64,000 nucleotides of DNA from a virus, in IMG/VR virus record IMGVR_UViG_3300045988_166055, positions 64,001-128,000 of that record, one strand, 5' to 3'. The position numbers and the translations under genes are program-made. Positions 28,727 to 38,337 of the stretch are shown here, piece after piece. Each line of letters opens with the position of its first letter. Position 1 is the first letter of the stretch. Under the pieces are notes generated by a model that searched no databases, was not told the origin of the DNA, and worked only from the letters and a program-made list of their open reading frames with translations.

Positions 28727-29403
28727 AGGGTCAGGTTGATATTTCAGCTTCTGACGGAGAGGATGCTATCCAGAAAGCCATTTCAGCTAATCCGTCAGGA
28801 GCTTATATCAAGCTGGCCCAGAATGTCTACCAAGGTGGCATTCAGGCAGAAGCTGGATCAAACATCACTATTGATCTAAATGGACATGAGCTAAAATGCG
28901 TGCCTCCATTTGTCGGATCTGATAGTAGCTATTCAAACGGATTGAGATTCATGAAGGGTTCAAAAGTTCTAATTAAGAACGGAACTGTCAAAACATCTTC
29001 TCCGGAGTTAGCTATTCTTATTCAGAACTTCGCAGACGAGTTGATTCTAGATAATGTAACATTGTCTGGAAAGCTTTCTACTCAGTACATTCTATCAAAT
29101 AACTTCGGAAATGTTGTTATGAAGAATGGAACTACTGTAAAAGCATCTGGTGGTCATGTAGCATTTGATGCTCATTACGGCTTATCTCCTGAATATGACG
29201 ATGGTGTTACAGTAAATATTGCGGATGACACTGTTAAGATAATTGGACTTGTAGAATATACTAAGCAGGAAGGAAAGTCAGATGAAGATTTCCTATCAAG
29301 GACACATATCTACATACCTGTTGGATATGACCTTACTGCTCCAGAGGGATACAAGTTCCAGTTAACAGAAGATAAAACAAGACAAGAACTAGTTAAAGCG
29401 TGA
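28720..29403 (+). CDS. beta-helix-like domain ORF in the -1 frame with no usable start; candidate frameshift extension of 28322-28726
   Basis: Frame open from 28645; no ATG/GTG/TTG before GTG 28900, which has no SD; the region upstream of 28900 reads as good protein (DGEDAIQKAISANPSGAYIKLAQNVYQGG...). Confidence 0.5.
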   Translation, partial: YVKGQVDISASDGEDAIQKAISANPSGAYIKLAQNVYQGGIQAEAGSNITIDLNGHELKCVPPFVGSDSSYSNGLRFMKGSKVLIKNGTVKTSSPELAILIQNFADELILDNVTLSGKLSTQYILSNNFGNVVMKNGTTVKASGGHVAFDAHYGLSPEYDDGVTVNIADDTVKIIGLVEYTKQEGKSDEDFLSRTHIYIPVGYDLTAPEGYKFQLTEDKTRQELVKA

Positions 29404-29425
29404 TAGAGAGGAGGCCTAGTAAGAT

Positions 29426-30136
29426 ATGACTATGGATGAAGTAACTGCTCAAGTTGGATTCTTACTAGGCTTTCCTACTAACGAGAATGTAGAAGAGGTT
29501 GATCTAAGGCAAGCAGTATTGATTGCATTTAGAGAACTAAAAAGATACATTCGTCAGTCAGTGGAAAAGACTGTCCCGTTTCAAACTAGAATAGACTTGC
29601 TCAAGCAAGATATCCATACAAACAAAGTTCTCAATGTTCAAGCTGCCTATCCTAGAATAGGCCTTACAATGAGTAACATAGACAGTGGTAATGTTTTCCA
29701 GGTTGCTGCCGCTGTAAACGCCTATAGTACGATAGGCAACACAAGTTCAATCAACATAGATCCTATAATGTCTGAACTTGCAATGGCTCAAGTCCGTAAC
29801 ACAATTTCTACTGATTTTCAATGGAAATATGATCCGTATAATCAAGTAGTTTATGTTACGCACAGAGATCCATTACCTGCAATGGTAACTATACGATATG
29901 TTCCAGATTTGCAGGATGTATCAGAGATTCAAGGAACAACCTGGATTGACTACTTAGTCCGGATGAGCCTAGCATTCGCAAAAATATCGTTAGGCAGATC
30001 TCGGTCAAAATATACAATTGAGGGCTCTAATGTAACACTTGACGGTGATACACTTCTTCAAGAAGCTAACGCAGAGTTAGAAGCTATAAGAGGTGAACTT
30101 GAGCCTAAGAAAAGTAGACTTGTTGTTTTGAACTAA
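29426..30136 (+). CDS. hypothetical virion-module protein (236 aa)
   Basis: SD GAGAGGAGG; context among structural genes. Confidence 0.6.
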   Translation: MTMDEVTAQVGFLLGFPTNENVEEVDLRQAVLIAFRELKRYIRQSVEKTVPFQTRIDLLKQDIHTNKVLNVQAAYPRIGLTMSNIDSGNVFQVAAAVNAYSTIGNTSSINIDPIMSELAMAQVRNTISTDFQWKYDPYNQVVYVTHRDPLPAMVTIRYVPDLQDVSEIQGTTWIDYLVRMSLAFAKISLGRSRSKYTIEGSNVTLDGDTLLQEANAELEAIRGELEPKKSRLVVLN

Positions 30137-30161
30137 AATTTTATGAAAAGGAGTCTCTTAC

Positions 30162-30563
30162 ATGTTTGTTTCTAAGAAAAACACTAAGAAGGTAACTGCT
30201 AGCGACGATCTGGATACCGAAGTGATTGAGCCCGAAATGGATGAAGATGTTGTCGATGACACTCCTGATGCTGATGAAGATGTAAATGTTGCCCCTGAGG
30301 CAACTGATCTTCTATTTGAAGCAGAGGATGTAGCGCAGCTGGTTGCAGAAGTGACTGGTCAGCCTGTCGATGTTGACACAGCTGAAGATGGTAATTCTGT
30401 TGAATTCACTGTCGGTGAAGATGTTTTCACTGTTACTGCTGAAGGTGACGAGGAAGTTCTGGAAGCTGTTCGAAAGCCACTGAAGAAAAAGAAGCCTGTG
30501 TCTGCTTCTACTAATAGAAAGCCTGCTGGTAAGACCGTTCGCAAGCTGCCTAGCAAGAAGTAA
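30162..30563 (+). CDS. bipolar protein: very acidic N-terminal part, basic C-terminal tail
   Basis: DDLDTEVIEPEMDEDVVDD... then KKKKPVSASTNRKPAGKTVRKLPSKK; G+C-rich codon style. Confidence 0.6.
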   Translation: MFVSKKNTKKVTASDDLDTEVIEPEMDEDVVDDTPDADEDVNVAPEATDLLFEAEDVAQLVAEVTGQPVDVDTAEDGNSVEFTVGEDVFTVTAEGDEEVLEAVRKPLKKKKPVSASTNRKPAGKTVRKLPSKK

Positions 30564-30579
30564 GATAAATACTATGAAA

Positions 30580-30625
30580 AAAGAGCTGGTCGTGTCTTAT
30601 CAACATTGATCAGCTCTTTGATTTG
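30580..30625 (+). terminator. long-loop hairpin, terminator candidate
   Basis: AAAGAGCTG ... CAGCTCTTT (9 bp, 22-nt loop) then GATTTG. Confidence 0.35.
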
Positions 30626-30643
30626 TATGAAAGGATTGTTTGT

Positions 30644-31702
30644 ATGGAAAATGTAGAAGCTGGAATCATTGCTAAGCTACTTAAATCACTGCCCAAGTAC
30701 TTAGGCAACGGAATCAATGAGGTAGTTAAGAGAGGAATCAAAGTAGAAGAGTCCAAGCCAGTTGATGGAAAGAATTATGACAGTGGTATCATCTTCGTAG
30801 CTACAAGCGGAAAGGGCACTGTAATTAAGTGTAAGGTTGTACCCGTTCCTGAGAGAAAAGGTAGATTCAACATGTACATCAAGTCCAAGGATGGGAAGAA
30901 AGCATCGTATCCTTCTATAAGTCAAGATCAGATGGATGATAAGATCACTGAATTCTTTGATAAGTTTTATGGTGAAGCTTTTGAAGATGCAGATAACAAT
31001 GAAGATGATTTCAACATGGAAGAGTTCAATGAGGATGAAGACGCAAAGAATCAGTCAGCTGATAACGATGACGCAAGTTCTTCTTCAAAGTTATTCATGA
31101 AGCTGTCTAAAGTTACATCGGGAACAGATTTTCATGTCAATCTAGAGTCTGTTATGGCGAACTATAACACAGTTTCAGCTCTTGCAGATATGACTGCAGT
31201 TGTTAACAACGATGACTTTGTTTCTCTTCTAAGCGAAACTCCTAAATGTTATGAAGTTACAACAGTTGATGGACAACTAGATGTAGCTGATAGTGAAGAT
31301 ATGCCACAATTCAATCCATTTGCTGAACTGCTGAAGGGATATTATGTAGCTACGCTGAATCTAGATTATCTTTCAACGAACTACTCTGGTAGCTCTATGA
31401 ATAGATTAGATCCATATTACATGTCAAGCGACATAAGATATTGGATTCACAATATTGTAACTATAGCAAAGGTGTCAGGTTGCTGCACACCTAATCCCAT
31501 TGACCTTCTTCAAGGGCAAGTAGGAATTGTTTGCGATCAAAACCAGCAAGGATCTTGCTGTATGAAATCTGTTCTAGAAACATTGCTTGCAACAATTGAG
31601 CTATATTATGCAAATTTTTCTCATGACATACAATCTATTCTAGATGATAACATAATCCAGATTAAGACATATATCATGAATATAGGAGTTGCTCAATGTT
31701 AA
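30644..31702 (+). CDS. hypothetical protein (353 aa from ATG 30644)
   Basis: ATG 8 nt after AAAGGA; N-terminal VEAGIIAKLLKSL motif is shared with the C-terminus of 20978-21355. Confidence 0.55.
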   Translation: MENVEAGIIAKLLKSLPKYLGNGINEVVKRGIKVEESKPVDGKNYDSGIIFVATSGKGTVIKCKVVPVPERKGRFNMYIKSKDGKKASYPSISQDQMDDKITEFFDKFYGEAFEDADNNEDDFNMEEFNEDEDAKNQSADNDDASSSSKLFMKLSKVTSGTDFHVNLESVMANYNTVSALADMTAVVNNDDFVSLLSETPKCYEVTTVDGQLDVADSEDMPQFNPFAELLKGYYVATLNLDYLSTNYSGSSMNRLDPYYMSSDIRYWIHNIVTIAKVSGCCTPNPIDLLQGQVGIVCDQNQQGSCCMKSVLETLLATIELYYANFSHDIQSILDDNIIQIKTYIMNIGVAQC

Positions 31703-31741
31703 GATAGTAATTCGTTTATTGCATAAAAGTATTTGAAAATT

Positions 31742-31790
31742 ACCTCCTTGAATCGTTATTGTATTTGATATACAATACCTTCAAGGAGGT
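31742..31790 (+). promoter_or_regulatory. anti-SD / class A box / SD arrangement
   Basis: ACCTCCTTGAA (31742-31752) is the exact complement of TTCAAGGAGGT (31780-31790, the SD of ATG 31797); box GAATCGTTATTGTATTT lies in the loop. Confidence 0.55.
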
Positions 31791-31796
31791 TAAAAT

Positions 31797-32279
31797 ATGA
31801 AAACAGGAAATAGAACATATGGAAAACAATTTAGAACATATCAAGATTCTTCATGCGAAATCACAGATACTTCTATTCTTCACGAATACATAAATAATGG
31901 TTGTGGAGTAGTTACTCTTGAAAATCCTGAAACTAAAAAGTACAGAACATATGCTTTTAATCTTCCTAGATATGATAAGTTCAATGAACCTACCATCTTT
32001 GTTTATGCAAGGATGCGAGACGATTGTTGGCTCTATGTAGGGATGATGAGAAAAGATGTATTCAGAGAAACTAGAAACTCTAACTTCGGTGTAGGCAATC
32101 CTGTATACGAAGGTGCATTATACATTGTTCAAGTAGCGAATAATAGAAGAAAAAATACAAGAATGAAAATTTATCATTGCGGTGTTTGCTCTGTATGCGG
32201 AAGAAAACTTATTCAGCCTAAATCAATCAAATACGGTGTAGGCCCTAAATGCAGAAATAAGTTGAAGAATGAACAATGA
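31797..32279 (+). CDS. hypothetical protein with C-terminal zinc-ribbon
   Basis: HCGVCSVCGRKLIQPKSIKYGVGPKCRNKL. Confidence 0.6.
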   Translation: MKTGNRTYGKQFRTYQDSSCEITDTSILHEYINNGCGVVTLENPETKKYRTYAFNLPRYDKFNEPTIFVYARMRDDCWLYVGMMRKDVFRETRNSNFGVGNPVYEGALYIVQVANNRRKNTRMKIYHCGVCSVCGRKLIQPKSIKYGVGPKCRNKLKNEQ

Positions 32280-32713
32280 GTTTCTATGAAGATAGTAAAA
32301 ATTTCAAAGTATGGGTTGATAGATACAACGGAAATGTTTATAGAGCTGTGTATGAATTAGGCCAAGCTGCTGCAAAAAGAGTAAAAGACTGTAACAACAA
32401 AATATCTAATGCAGAAGGAATTTCATGGGTACTAAATGGTCATAAACCTGATTATGAACATAGACGAGCATACTGGGATACAAAGAAAGCTATAATTGAA
32501 GAATATATTGCTACAAATTTGGAGCTCATTGATGACAAAAAAATTTGTAAATGTGTAAGGTCATCAGTTTGGAATAGCTTGAACCATAGATACCTTTTAT
32601 ATGATTACAAAGGTGTTGACGACGAATCACGTAGGGCAAGAATAAGAATTCTTACCAAGTTAATTTGGTATGAAATAAAACCAAACTATAGAGAGGATGC
32701 TAATGATGCCTGA
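32276..32713 (+). CDS. hypothetical protein (145 aa)
   Basis: ATGA overlap with the upstream stop. Confidence 0.6.
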   Translation: MSFYEDSKNFKVWVDRYNGNVYRAVYELGQAAAKRVKDCNNKISNAEGISWVLNGHKPDYEHRRAYWDTKKAIIEEYIATNLELIDDKKICKCVRSSVWNSLNHRYLLYDYKGVDDESRRARIRILTKLIWYEIKPNYREDANDA

Positions 32714-33161
32714 AATAGAAAATCAAGCTACTGAAGTCAAGGAAAGAAAGAAACCGGGACCTAAACCGAAATCTAAAATCGAACCAATTGATCTATTTGA
32801 AACAAAGACCAATCCTGTAATCAATGAGAATTTAGAAGATAATGTTGAAGTAACTAACGAGATTGATTCCACTCCTGTTATTTCAGAACCTATCAAGGCT
32901 GAAGATACATTGAAACCTATAGAAACCCCTCCTATCTACGAGAGACCTGTTGAACCGATTAGATACGAAATTATGTCTACATCTGGTAAAACAGTAATGG
33001 TCTATAGAAACAAGAATTTCAAAGGAGTTGCTATTAGGTACAAAGGTGTCCTAAAGGTCATGAATGAAGTAGAAGGCGGTTACAAAGTTAACTACATGAA
33101 TTCAGGATTTGGTTATTGTATAGGTTATGTCAAAGCGTCAGCCATCAACGCAATTAGATAA
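32703..33161 (+). CDS. hypothetical protein (about 152 aa)
   Basis: Three in-frame ATGs at 32697, 32703 and 32706; SD AGAGAGG favours the later ones. Confidence 0.55.
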   Translation: MMPEIENQATEVKERKKPGPKPKSKIEPIDLFETKTNPVINENLEDNVEVTNEIDSTPVISEPIKAEDTLKPIETPPIYERPVEPIRYEIMSTSGKTVMVYRNKNFKGVAIRYKGVLKVMNEVEGGYKVNYMNSGFGYCIGYVKASAINAIR

Positions 33162-33194
33162 TCTAGTTGCGAATAATATATGGAGGTATTAAAT

Positions 33195-33323
33195 ATGGAC
33201 GAAAAGATTATTGATCAAATCAATCCAGAAACAACTGCTCCTGTGATTGAGAATGTTGATGACCTTCCCGAAAGTGCTGCTCAAGAGTTCACTGGAGGTA
33301 AGGGAGAAGAGGAGGCTGAGTAA
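33195..33323 (+). CDS. small acidic ORF (42 aa) immediately upstream of the endolysin
   Basis: ATG after TGGAGGT SD; its TAA ends 1 nt before the endolysin ATG; below the track size cutoff. Confidence 0.4.
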   Translation: MDEKIIDQINPETTAPVIENVDDLPESAAQEFTGGKGEEEAE

Positions 33324-33324
33324 T

Positions 33325-34563
33325 ATGCCTAATTACACAAATAGCTCATTAGTTAACTACACTAAAATCAGCCCTATGCAGAGTGGAAGCAGAGTAAATT
33401 CCAGATACAATCCTTCTGGTAAGATTACTGTTATCACTATTCATCATATGGCTGGTAACCTTTCTGTAGAAACTTGTGGAAATGTATTTCAGACAAGAGA
33501 AGCATCCGCGAACTACGGTATTGGTTCTGATGGTCGTGTAGGAATGTATGTAGAAGAAAAGGATAGAGCTTGGACTTCTTCCAGTCCTTCAAACGATTAT
33601 AAGGCAGTTACAATCGAGGTAGCTAACTGTGCATATGGTGATCCTTGGCCTGTTTCTTCTGCTGCATATGAGAAGCTGATCCTCCTTTGCGCAGATATTT
33701 GCAAACGTAATGGAATTGATAAGCTGAACTACACTGGAGACACAACAGGTAACCTTACAATGCACTGCTGGTTTGCTGCTACTGCATGCCCTGGTCCTTA
33801 TCTAAAGGCAAGATTCAGCGATATCGCAAATAGAGTAAATGCTATCTTAGATGCTTCAAAGCCTGATCCGACTCCTGTACCGTCAGGTAATCTAGCTGTT
33901 GGAGATGTAGTTACCTTCGTAGGTGGTTCCCATTATTACAGCTCAGATGCGGCTTCTCCTGCATCTACAGATCTAAAGCCTGGTAAGGCTAAAGTTACAG
34001 CTATTTACAAGAGCGGAAAGCATCCATATCACCTTATTCACACAGATAGCTCAACTTCTGTATATGGTTGGGTAGATGCATCAGCAATTAAGGAGCTGGA
34101 AGAGAAGCCGTCTACTCCGTCAACCGGTTCTTATGATGTTGGAGATGTTGTAAATTTCAAGGGTGGTAATCACTATTCAAGCGCAAATGCTTCTTCTCCT
34201 GCATCTACCGGCCTAAAGGCAGGTCCTGCAAAGATCACGTATAAGGCTAACGGAGCACATCCTTATCACCTTGTTCATACAGATAATCAAACAAGCGTAT
34301 ATGGTTGGGTTGATGCTTCTCAGATCGAAGGCGCTTCTTCAGCACCTTCTGCCCCTTCTGTTGAAACATTCAATAAGGGAGATAAAGTAAAGATCAAGTT
34401 GTCTACAACCAGATGGGTTGGCGGTGCGTCAATTCCTTCTTGGGTTAAGAATAGTCAGCTTTACATTTGTGGATTCAGAGATAGTGATCCTTGCGTCACA
34501 ATCAATTCTGATCTATCAGGTGTAACAGGTGTTCTTAAGACTTCCGATCTTTATCACAACTAA
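33325..34563 (+). CDS. endolysin: N-acetylmuramoyl-L-alanine amidase plus repeated SH3-like wall-binding modules
   Basis: ATG after GAGGAGG; ITIHHMAG...NYGIGSDG...AVTIEVAN...TACPGPYL; two repeats of about 69 aa plus a third related module. Confidence 0.85.
   Translation: MPNYTNSSLVNYTKISPMQSGSRVNSRYNPSGKITVITIHHMAGNLSVETCGNVFQTREASANYGIGSDGRVGMYVEEKDRAWTSSSPSNDYKAVTIEVANCAYGDPWPVSSAAYEKLILLCADICKRNGIDKLNYTGDTTGNLTMHCWFAATACPGPYLKARFSDIANRVNAILDASKPDPTPVPSGNLAVGDVVTFVGGSHYYSSDAASPASTDLKPGKAKVTAIYKSGKHPYHLIHTDSSTSVYGWVDASAIKELEEKPSTPSTGSYDVGDVVNFKGGNHYSSANASSPASTGLKAGPAKITYKANGAHPYHLVHTDNQTSVYGWVDASQIEGASSAPSAPSVETFNKGDKVKIKLSTTRWVGGASIPSWVKNSQLYICGFRDSDPCVTINSDLSGVTGVLKTSDLYHN
33886..34332 (+). 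repeat. tandem coding repeat (two wall-binding modules)
   Basis: 33886-34095 and 34126-34332 encode G..VGDVV.F.GG.HY.S..ASSPAST.LK.G.AK.T......HPYHL.HTD..TSVYGWVDAS.I. Confidence 0.8.
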
Positions 34564-34587
34564 TTAAGAACATCTGATGATATAAAG

Positions 34588-34620
34588 GCAGGGCATCGAA
34601 AGATGCCCTGCTAATTTGTT
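34588..34620 (+). terminator. rho-independent terminator
   Basis: GCAGGGCATC-GAAA-GATGCCCTGC then TAATTTGTT. Confidence 0.75.
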
Positions 34621-34622
34621 AT

Positions 34623-34643
34623 GAACCGTTATTATAATTGTAG
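34623..34643 (+). promoter_or_regulatory. class A box variant (GAACCGTTAT)
   Basis: GAACCGTTATTATAATTGTAG. Confidence 0.45.
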
Positions 34644-34687
34644 TAATTATTACTTACTGTATTTCAATAAATTAGGAGACAAATGAT

Positions 34688-35326
34688 ATGAAGAAAATGA
34701 GAATTTCAGCGTTTGTTGTATTTATCATTGGAATGGTCGCTATTATTATTCATATGCTTACTTTGAACACATCTTCTAAGATGGAACCTAAAGATGTAAC
34801 AGCTCCAAAAGAAGATAAGTTATCTACTGAAATAACTAATACTCCTGATAATGATTATCCGGTTGCGCAACTTGTAAATAATGAAAGTAATTTTAATTAT
34901 TCAGTAAATAAATCGAAGTCTGAGTCAGAAATTGATGATATCATTGAACCATTTATCTTACTTACCGAAGAAGAAAAGCGAGACTTTTCTGCACTAGTTT
35001 ATCTAGAAGCTGGAGGGGAGTCTTATGAATGCATGAAAACTGTTGCAAGCGTTATTGTTAACAGAATGATAAACAATGATCTTTCTCTTTACGATGTTAT
35101 ATATGCTACTAATCAGTTTGAGCCTGCTGAAAATATTCCGTACACTGATCCTTCTGAAGAAGCAATACAAGCAGTGAACGAAATTGTTCAGAATGGTCCG
35201 TGCGTTCCTAAAAATGTAACTTTCTTCAGAGCAAGCTACTACCATAATTGGAGCGATCTTATTCAGCCTTACACCGTTATTGATAATACATATTTCTCTT
35301 ACGATGTTAGAATTGAGGTGGATTGA
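34688..35326 (+). CDS. membrane-anchored SleB/CwlJ-family cell-wall hydrolase
   Basis: N-terminal TM (ISAFVVFIIGMVAIIIHML); LVYLEAGGESYECMKTVASVIVNRM...TNQFEP matches the SleB-type hydrolase motif. Confidence 0.7.
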   Translation: MKKMRISAFVVFIIGMVAIIIHMLTLNTSSKMEPKDVTAPKEDKLSTEITNTPDNDYPVAQLVNNESNFNYSVNKSKSESEIDDIIEPFILLTEEEKRDFSALVYLEAGGESYECMKTVASVIVNRMINNDLSLYDVIYATNQFEPAENIPYTDPSEEAIQAVNEIVQNGPCVPKNVTFFRASYYHNWSDLIQPYTVIDNTYFSYDVRIEVD

Positions 35327-35682
35327 GATTGTTGTTCACTGTAATTGGTCCGGATGGGAATCCTAAGATGGTAACAGAATATCGTGAATGTATATACGAT
35401 ATAGAACAACTTGAGAGTATGGCTTCAGCAGGATGTAAATTCAAGTTGAATGATAAGCTAGTTTCTTTAAGTAATTTGAAGAAAGAGTTGGAATCTTCTT
35501 CTGATAGTATTGAAAAGATTTCTACTAGTAGATCAATTATTCTTTGCTTGGAAACTGGAGATAAGTTCAATAAGCAATCAGAAGCTGCAAAAGCATTAGG
35601 AATTGATCCAGCATCAGTATCAGATAGTTTGAAAACAGGGCGGAAAAGAGCAGGATATACATTCACTCGTGTTGAGGTGTAA
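35323..35682 (+). CDS. small DNA-binding protein (NUMOD1-like HTH at the C-terminus)
   Basis: ILCLETGDKFNKQSEAAKALGIDPASVSDSLKTGRKRAGYTFTRV; TTG start. Confidence 0.45.
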   Translation: MRLLFTVIGPDGNPKMVTEYRECIYDIEQLESMASAGCKFKLNDKLVSLSNLKKELESSSDSIEKISTSRSIILCLETGDKFNKQSEAAKALGIDPASVSDSLKTGRKRAGYTFTRVEV

Positions 35683-35683
35683 T

Positions 35684-37519
35684 ATGATCAGCATTACTCA
35701 AGTAGGAAATCTCTACAACATTTCATTCAAATATGACCCAGAATTAGTAGATATGATCAAGAAGGTTCCGGGCAAGTCTTGGAACCCTGTTGAGAAATAT
35801 TGGACAATTGAAAAAAGCAAACTTGGGTTCTTCATGAATCAGATAAAGGGTACTAGATTTGAAAATCAAGTGAACCTTCAAAGTAATGAAGACATTGGAA
35901 AGAATGACACTTTAGATAAAACTTCACATATTCCCAATATTGATATTTCAAATGTCCCATTCTATGTTAAGAATGGGTCAAAACCTTATCAGCATCAGCT
36001 TGACTTCATGAAATACGCTATTGATAGACAGCAGAGAGGATACAGAAGCGGATTTCTTTGTGCGGATGAGCCTGGACTAGGAAAAACAATAGAGAGCATT
36101 AACCTCGCTATGTTCAATAGAAATTATAATAATTTCAATCATTGCCTTATCATATGCAACATAAACACATCTAAATATAACTGGGAACAGGAAGTATCTG
36201 AGCACACAAACGGAAAAATGTTTGGATATCTCCTCGGGTCTAGAATGAAGAAGAAAAGAGGAACAAAAAAGAAAAGAAGGGTTGTATGCGGTACAAAAGA
36301 GAAGTATGAAGACCTGATGACTTTGCACATATATAGTGACGATAACGAACCTGAACTTCCGTATTTCATCATAATGAATGTAGAAACTCTTAGAATGAAA
36401 GAAGGGAAACGCTATCCTATTACAGAGAGACTGATTGAAATGATCAATTCAGGATTTATAAATATGATAGTTATTGACGAAATACATAAGAACATGTCAC
36501 CTACTTCTATTCAAGGAAAGCAGATTCTTAAAATAAAAGATAAAACAGGTTCTAGATGTATTTGGTTGCCGCTTACAGGTACACCTATTGTTAACAAGCC
36601 TACTGATGTCTTCTTACCAATGAAGCTTATAGACGCTCATAATTTTTCAAGCTACTACAAATGGTGTCAAGAGTTTTGCGTTTACGGTGGATATGGTGAT
36701 GTTGAAATAGTAGCTTACAAGAATATTCCAAGAATGAAGATCATGCTTCAGCAAAATATGATCAGGCGCTTGAAGAAAGATGTACTAGACCTTCCGGATA
36801 AGATTCATTTTGATATATTTGTAGAGAATACAAAATATCAAGAAAAGCTTGCTGACGAAGTAACTGCTGAGCTATATGCACACGCAGGAGAAATTTCTAA
36901 TTCAATGAACCCAATGGTGAAATTTTTGAAACTTCGTCAGGTGAATGGATCACCAGAATTAGTTGACCAGTCTTTGAAGGTGAACAGTCAGTATATCAAA
37001 TATAATGCTAAGCTTCAGAAGCTATTTGAATTGTTAGAAGAGATTCATGACCGCGGTGAAAAGGTAGTTATTTTTTCTAATTGGGTTGAACCTTTAAGGA
37101 CCTTGTATAGATTCGTATCAACTAAATATAAAGTTTGTTGCTTTACAGGTACTATGTCTGAAGTAGAGAGGCAGAAACATAAGAGGGTTTTCTTAACAAA
37201 CCCCGAGTACACTGTAATGGTTGGAACTATCGGTGCATTAGGAACAACCCATACTTTAACTTCTGCAAACAACGTTATATTCTATGATGAGCCTTGGACC
37301 TACACAGACAAGCTTCAAGCAGAAGATAGATGCCACAGAGTAGGAACAAACTCATCTGTAAACATATATACATTGCTTTCAAAAGATACAGTAGATGAAA
37401 GAGTTCATGATATTGTATACGGAAAGAAAGATGTTGCAGGATACATTGTAGACAACAAACTTGATTTTAGAAACAATCCAGACCTTGTTTACAAATTACT
37501 TGGAAAAGATAAGGAGTAG
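35684..37519 (+). CDS. SNF2-family helicase/ATPase
   Basis: LCADEPGLGKT (I), VIDEIHKN (II), LTGTPIVN (III), QAEDRCHRVGT (VI); ATG after GAGGTG. Confidence 0.85.
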   Translation: MISITQVGNLYNISFKYDPELVDMIKKVPGKSWNPVEKYWTIEKSKLGFFMNQIKGTRFENQVNLQSNEDIGKNDTLDKTSHIPNIDISNVPFYVKNGSKPYQHQLDFMKYAIDRQQRGYRSGFLCADEPGLGKTIESINLAMFNRNYNNFNHCLIICNINTSKYNWEQEVSEHTNGKMFGYLLGSRMKKKRGTKKKRRVVCGTKEKYEDLMTLHIYSDDNEPELPYFIIMNVETLRMKEGKRYPITERLIEMINSGFINMIVIDEIHKNMSPTSIQGKQILKIKDKTGSRCIWLPLTGTPIVNKPTDVFLPMKLIDAHNFSSYYKWCQEFCVYGGYGDVEIVAYKNIPRMKIMLQQNMIRRLKKDVLDLPDKIHFDIFVENTKYQEKLADEVTAELYAHAGEISNSMNPMVKFLKLRQVNGSPELVDQSLKVNSQYIKYNAKLQKLFELLEEIHDRGEKVVIFSNWVEPLRTLYRFVSTKYKVCCFTGTMSEVERQKHKRVFLTNPEYTVMVGTIGALGTTHTLTSANNVIFYDEPWTYTDKLQAEDRCHRVGTNSSVNIYTLLSKDTVDERVHDIVYGKKDVAGYIVDNKLDFRNNPDLVYKLLGKDKE

Positions 37520-37525
37520 TGAATA

Positions 37526-38329
37526 ATGAAAATTACATCGGCAAAAAGAGATGATATTCTAAAGCGTAAATCTGAATACGACGCAGATAGAGCCAGCAGG
37601 CAGGCTAAGTATGACAAGCAGTATGAATCTTTCAGAGACGAAGATTGGAGTCGTCAGTCTAAGATAGTTGCTGACATTCGTGGAGCTATTGGAGATACAT
37701 CTCTAAATATTGATATTGATGTAAGAAGCACATTTTCCGATAACTACGAAGTAGTTGTATCCGACGAAGATGATAAGTTCAACCCAGATAAATCACTTTC
37801 ATGGAATTGGCGAGTTACTCTTGATAAAAATGGTGAGGTAAAGAAAGAGTCTTCTTCTTGGTCAGGACTGAAAGCAGTTACTGCTAAGAATCTGTCTAAC
37901 CTTAAAGAGATTGTTAGAATTCTAGAAATTCTAAACAAGATTGACTTCAAGATGCTTCTTGAAGAAGTCACACCTCCTAACTATCAAGACTACATAACCG
38001 AGAAGAATCCTAAGTACGAAACAGCTCCCGATTTTGATAGAGAGCTTATGGAAGCTGATATTGAAGATTCTATTGGAGATCGAAAAGGTATTTTAGGAAC
38101 AGGAAGTAAATTCTACCGTGGTAATGTTTATCATTTTATTATGAAGGAAACACCGTCCAGCTATACAATGTGGGACATTCCTGCATACTATGTAGAAACC
38201 AACGACGGATCTCTATCTGATCTCTTTGAAAAGTATTCTGGAAAACGCAATGAATATAAGTATACTATGAGAAAAGATAAATTCTTTGAAACAATTGAAC
38301 AACCTATTAAGATTGTAGATTTTAATTGA
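37526..38329 (+). CDS. hypothetical protein (267 aa)
   Basis: Intact ORF, SD AAGGAG. Confidence 0.6.
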   Translation: MKITSAKRDDILKRKSEYDADRASRQAKYDKQYESFRDEDWSRQSKIVADIRGAIGDTSLNIDIDVRSTFSDNYEVVVSDEDDKFNPDKSLSWNWRVTLDKNGEVKKESSSWSGLKAVTAKNLSNLKEIVRILEILNKIDFKMLLEEVTPPNYQDYITEKNPKYETAPDFDRELMEADIEDSIGDRKGILGTGSKFYRGNVYHFIMKETPSSYTMWDIPAYYVETNDGSLSDLFEKYSGKRNEYKYTMRKDKFFETIEQPIKIVDFN

Positions 38330-38337
38330 GGTGAATT

